A DNA stretch of 11,004 bases from Verrucomicrobiota bacterium. GTDB taxonomy: Bacteria; Verrucomicrobiota; Verrucomicrobiia; Verrucomicrobiales; DEV007. The translations under genes were made by a program, and so were the position numbers. Positions 9,393 through 11,004 of this stretch are shown in pieces. The notes below the pieces were generated by a model, which saw only the letters and a program-made list of their open reading frames with translations, did not search any database and was not told the origin of the DNA. The DNA lies in NCBI GenBank assembly GCA_045046875.1, contig JASFYY010000103.1:1-11004 (forward strand), read 5' to 3'. The stretch's first letter is position 1. Every line of letters begins with the position of its first letter.

Positions 9393-9910
9393 CGCGAAGT
9401 TACTGCTGTGGTTTGTGGGCGGATAGTGACGATTACTGCTCCGTTGGCTGATTCCTGAACACGGATGTTGATCTTTTTAAAATTGAAAGATTCCTGATCG
9501 GATTCAGACGTATTGCCGGTGAAGCTTCGAATGTTGGTTATCACTTGATCGACCAGGTTATGGGTTTGCTTGCTGCTTTTTTCAAAAATGATTTTAAAAA
9601 GTGAAATCTTGTCATCTTTGACCTGCGCGGTTATTTGGGAAGCGCTGATACCAAATACTTCGGCATGCATGTTGAGCCGGTATAGTATGACGTGGCTATC
9701 TTTGTTTAACGGATCCTGCCAATCTTGCCAATCACCTGGCAGTTTGGCATTTGCCTTCCAAGTGGAGGTTAAGGCCGCAAAATTTTCAAAACGCATGCCA
9801 GCTGGATTGACAAAGCCGACCCCGCCAATTTGATTGGGGATAGCTTGTAAAGACTTCGGCAATAGAGCCAATGCCAAAGCTATAAATAAGGAAGTCACAT
9901 TATTTTTCAT
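9389..9910 (-). CDS. Secreted hypothetical protein (173 aa), first gene of the peptidase operon
   Basis: The ATG at 9910 gives a clean signal peptide (MKNNVTSLFIALALALLPKSLQA), so it is preferred to the TTG at 9970 from the ORF track. The stop overlaps the next start. Confidence 0.75.
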   Translation of the reverse strand: MKNNVTSLFIALALALLPKSLQAIPNQIGGVGFVNPAGMRFENFAALTSTWKANAKLPGDWQDWQDPLNKDSHVILYRLNMHAEVFGISASQITAQVKDDKISLFKIIFEKSSKQTHNLVDQVITNIRSFTGNTSESDQESFNFKKINIRVQESANGAVIVTIRPQTTAVTSR

Positions 9911-9940
9911 GAACTCGAATAGGAATAGGGTTGCAGGTAC

Positions 9941-9986
9941 AATATGCAGTTGTTGTATGGCCAATGTCAATACTGGATTTTTGACA
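9941..9986 (-). promoter_or_regulatory. Candidate sigma70 promoter for the three-gene operon, within a TGTCAA-N10-TTGACA inverted repeat
   Basis: On the minus strand, TTGACA (9970-9965), 18 nt, then CATATT (9946-9941), about 30 nt before the ATG at 9910. A mirror TTGACA lies on the plus strand at 9981-9986. Confidence 0.4.
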
Positions 9987-10052
9987 AGAGGCAGGAGCTA
10001 GTCGGAGTTTCCCAGCAGGAAAGTGAATTTCCTTGCGCATTGATGAAAATAG

Positions 10053-10080
10053 TTAAAACTGTTCAAATGAACAATTTTAA
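10053..10080. promoter_or_regulatory. Palindromic operator containing a Verrucomicrobia-type LexA (SOS) box TGTTC-N4-GAACA
   Basis: TTAAAACTGTTCA-AA-TGAACAATTTTAA has 12/13 matching arms. The core TGTTC-AAAT-GAACA (10060-10073) matches the described Verrucomicrobia LexA motif exactly. Confidence 0.7.
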
Positions 10081-10216
10081 GTGTAGGATTAAAGGGGGGG
10101 CGAAAGTGATAGCGCAATTCATTATCCATAAGATTCAAGATTTTTTGGCGCACGCCGTCTCCATTTGATTTCGCTTAGACGGCTTATATTCTTGGAAAAA
10201 AGTAACTCAAATTTTC

Positions 10217-10244
10217 TTTACAAGGCCTCGTATCCAGATAAAAT
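10217..10244 (+). promoter_or_regulatory. Candidate cassette promoter (Pc-like)
   Basis: TTTACA (10217-10222), 16 bp, then TAAAAT (10239-10244), pointing at the cassette insertion point about 110 bp downstream. Confidence 0.4.
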
Positions 10245-10296
10245 CGGCTACGAAGTGTAGGAGACGAAGTCTGCCCAGACGGGTTACCTTTGTACC

Positions 10297-10358
10297 TATT
10301 ATACAGACTGCCCGGAATAATATGTTATTCAGGACAGTTCCATATTATACTGTTGGGC
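10297..10358 (+). mobile_element. Putative attI-like recombination site (crossover G|TT at 10352/10353)
   Basis: GTTGGGC (10352-10358) fits GTTRRRY and is the exact reverse complement of the attC R'' GCCCAAC. No attC stem-loop lies upstream. The region has a TATTATAC direct repeat (10297-10304, 10343-10350) and a 14-bp imperfect inverted repeat (10307-10338). Confidence 0.55.
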
Positions 10359-10940
10359 TGAAAAAATATGAAAGAGCAGGAGTTCAGGTTAGCGCTTATG
10401 GCCTATCTGTCCCCGCTTAAAGCAATGACGACCGACGCCCTTCGAACGTTCGTTGCACTGCCGATGCACGCCGATGTTCACTTCGTTGATTTCACGCTGA
10501 TAGCTCAGCAGGATTTTGCTGATCATCTTCCGATTTTCGTATGGGCGACGACCATTTCAAATGAAGTTTATACTGATGTTGGATTATCCACAATCCCGAC
10601 AGACAGATTTCTATGGGCTGACATTGCGGGTGACGAAATGGAGAATGAGGAGTTTGTGATGAAGGACACATTTGCTCGTTGGTTCCACTCGGCCTGGCTC
10701 GATGCAGGTGGGAATCAATACCGAACCCCGGCATTCTTGACGCTTCAGCACGATATTGATACGTTCTGTCTACGTCGTGGGGAATGGGCTGAGTGCGAGG
10801 TGAAATACAAGCCGTGGAATGCCCAACAAAAGTCAGCACCGAATCCCTGAGCCGCCTCGTAGTTATGATTCACTCTAATTTTAACCATCAACCATTTCGC
10901 CCACGCGCGCTCCCACTCAGGGATGCGGTGTGACTCGACG
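10353..10940 (+). mobile_element. Integron gene cassette (588 bp) carrying one ORF
   Basis: Bounded by G|TTGGGC and the attC G|TTGATA. A promoterless ORF starts 15 bp after the left crossover and ends inside attC. Confidence 0.85.
10368..10850 (+). CDS. Cassette-encoded hypothetical protein (160 aa, acidic, Trp-rich)
   Basis: The ORF fills the cassette. C-terminal motif RWFHSAWLDAGG..PAFL..HD..FCLRRGEW. The tail AQQKSAPNP* is encoded by the attC left arm. Confidence 0.8.
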   Translation: MKEQEFRLALMAYLSPLKAMTTDALRTFVALPMHADVHFVDFTLIAQQDFADHLPIFVWATTISNEVYTDVGLSTIPTDRFLWADIAGDEMENEEFVMKDTFARWFHSAWLDAGGNQYRTPAFLTLQHDIDTFCLRRGEWAECEVKYKPWNAQQKSAPNP

Positions 10941-10946
10941 TTGATA
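10821..10946 (+). mobile_element. attC site (126 bp)
   Basis: R'' GCCCAAC (10821-10827), 5 bp, L'' TCAGCACC (10833-10840) ... L' GGTGTGA (10927-10933), 6 bp, R' GTTGATA (10940-10946). L'' equals the reverse complement of L' plus one extra base at position 4. The stem continues with ATCCCTGAG/CTCAGGGAT. Confidence 0.88.
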
Positions 10947-11004
10947 TGGCTGATGATTTGTCAAGTGGGTAAAGTTCTCCTGTCCTATCATTTTGTTGAT
11001 GGGT

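Noticed and set aside
169..9833. Short alternative-frame and antisense ORFs from the track (e.g. 748-1110, 3319-3657, 5342-5653, 7838-8248, 9076-9426)
   Set aside because: They overlap longer ORFs that have clear family motifs and show no motifs of their own, so they are treated as shadow ORFs.
9911..9970. TTG start at 9970 for the small secreted protein
   Set aside because: The TTG is part of the TTGACA promoter-like hexamer, and the ATG at 9910 gives a canonical signal peptide.
9944..10168. 74-aa plus-strand ORF
   Set aside because: It spans the regulatory palindromes and has no recognisable motif or clear RBS, so it is probably non-coding.
10307..10338. Possible dif/Xer site
   Set aside because: The central spacer is 4 bp rather than 6, and there is no TTATGTTAAAT-like XerD arm.
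10492..10839. 115-aa minus-strand ORF within the cassette
   Set aside because: It is antisense to the ORF that fits cassette geometry (start just after GTT, stop in attC).
10833..10935. Rho-independent terminator after the cassette ORF
   Set aside because: The loop is very long and there is no U-tract. The R''/L''/L'/R' geometry fits attC far better.
1..11004. CRISPR array, tRNA/rRNA, intact transposase or integrase
   Set aside because: No regularly spaced repeats, RNA-gene signatures, or DDE/HUH/tyrosine-recombinase motifs were seen in any ORF.

Overview
Bacterial chromosomal window, most likely from a member of the Verrucomicrobiota. This is an inference from an SHD1-domain secreted protein, an OprO/P-type porin, a TGTTC-N4-GAACA box and the attC style. 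Left to right it holds: a REP-like hairpin cluster, a HupE/UreJ-family membrane protein (+), an OprO/OprP-type porin (-), an alpha/beta hydrolase closely followed by a membrane-bound class III nucleotide cyclase (+), a CinA-like/HIGH-nucleotidyltransferase-like protein (-), and a translationally coupled three-gene operon of exported proteins (-): a small protein, a C39-like cysteine peptidase and an SHD1+HEXXH metallopeptidase. The most notable part is the right end (about 9900-10950), which looks like an integron platform without an integrase. It contains one complete gene cassette (GTTGGGC start, 160-aa ORF, well-formed 126-bp attC), a candidate attI and Pc upstream, and a perfect Verrucomicrobia-type LexA box 20 bp before a short divergent ORF where intI would normally begin. 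The peptidase operon follows in place of an intact intI. No database searches were run; family calls rest on recognised motifs.
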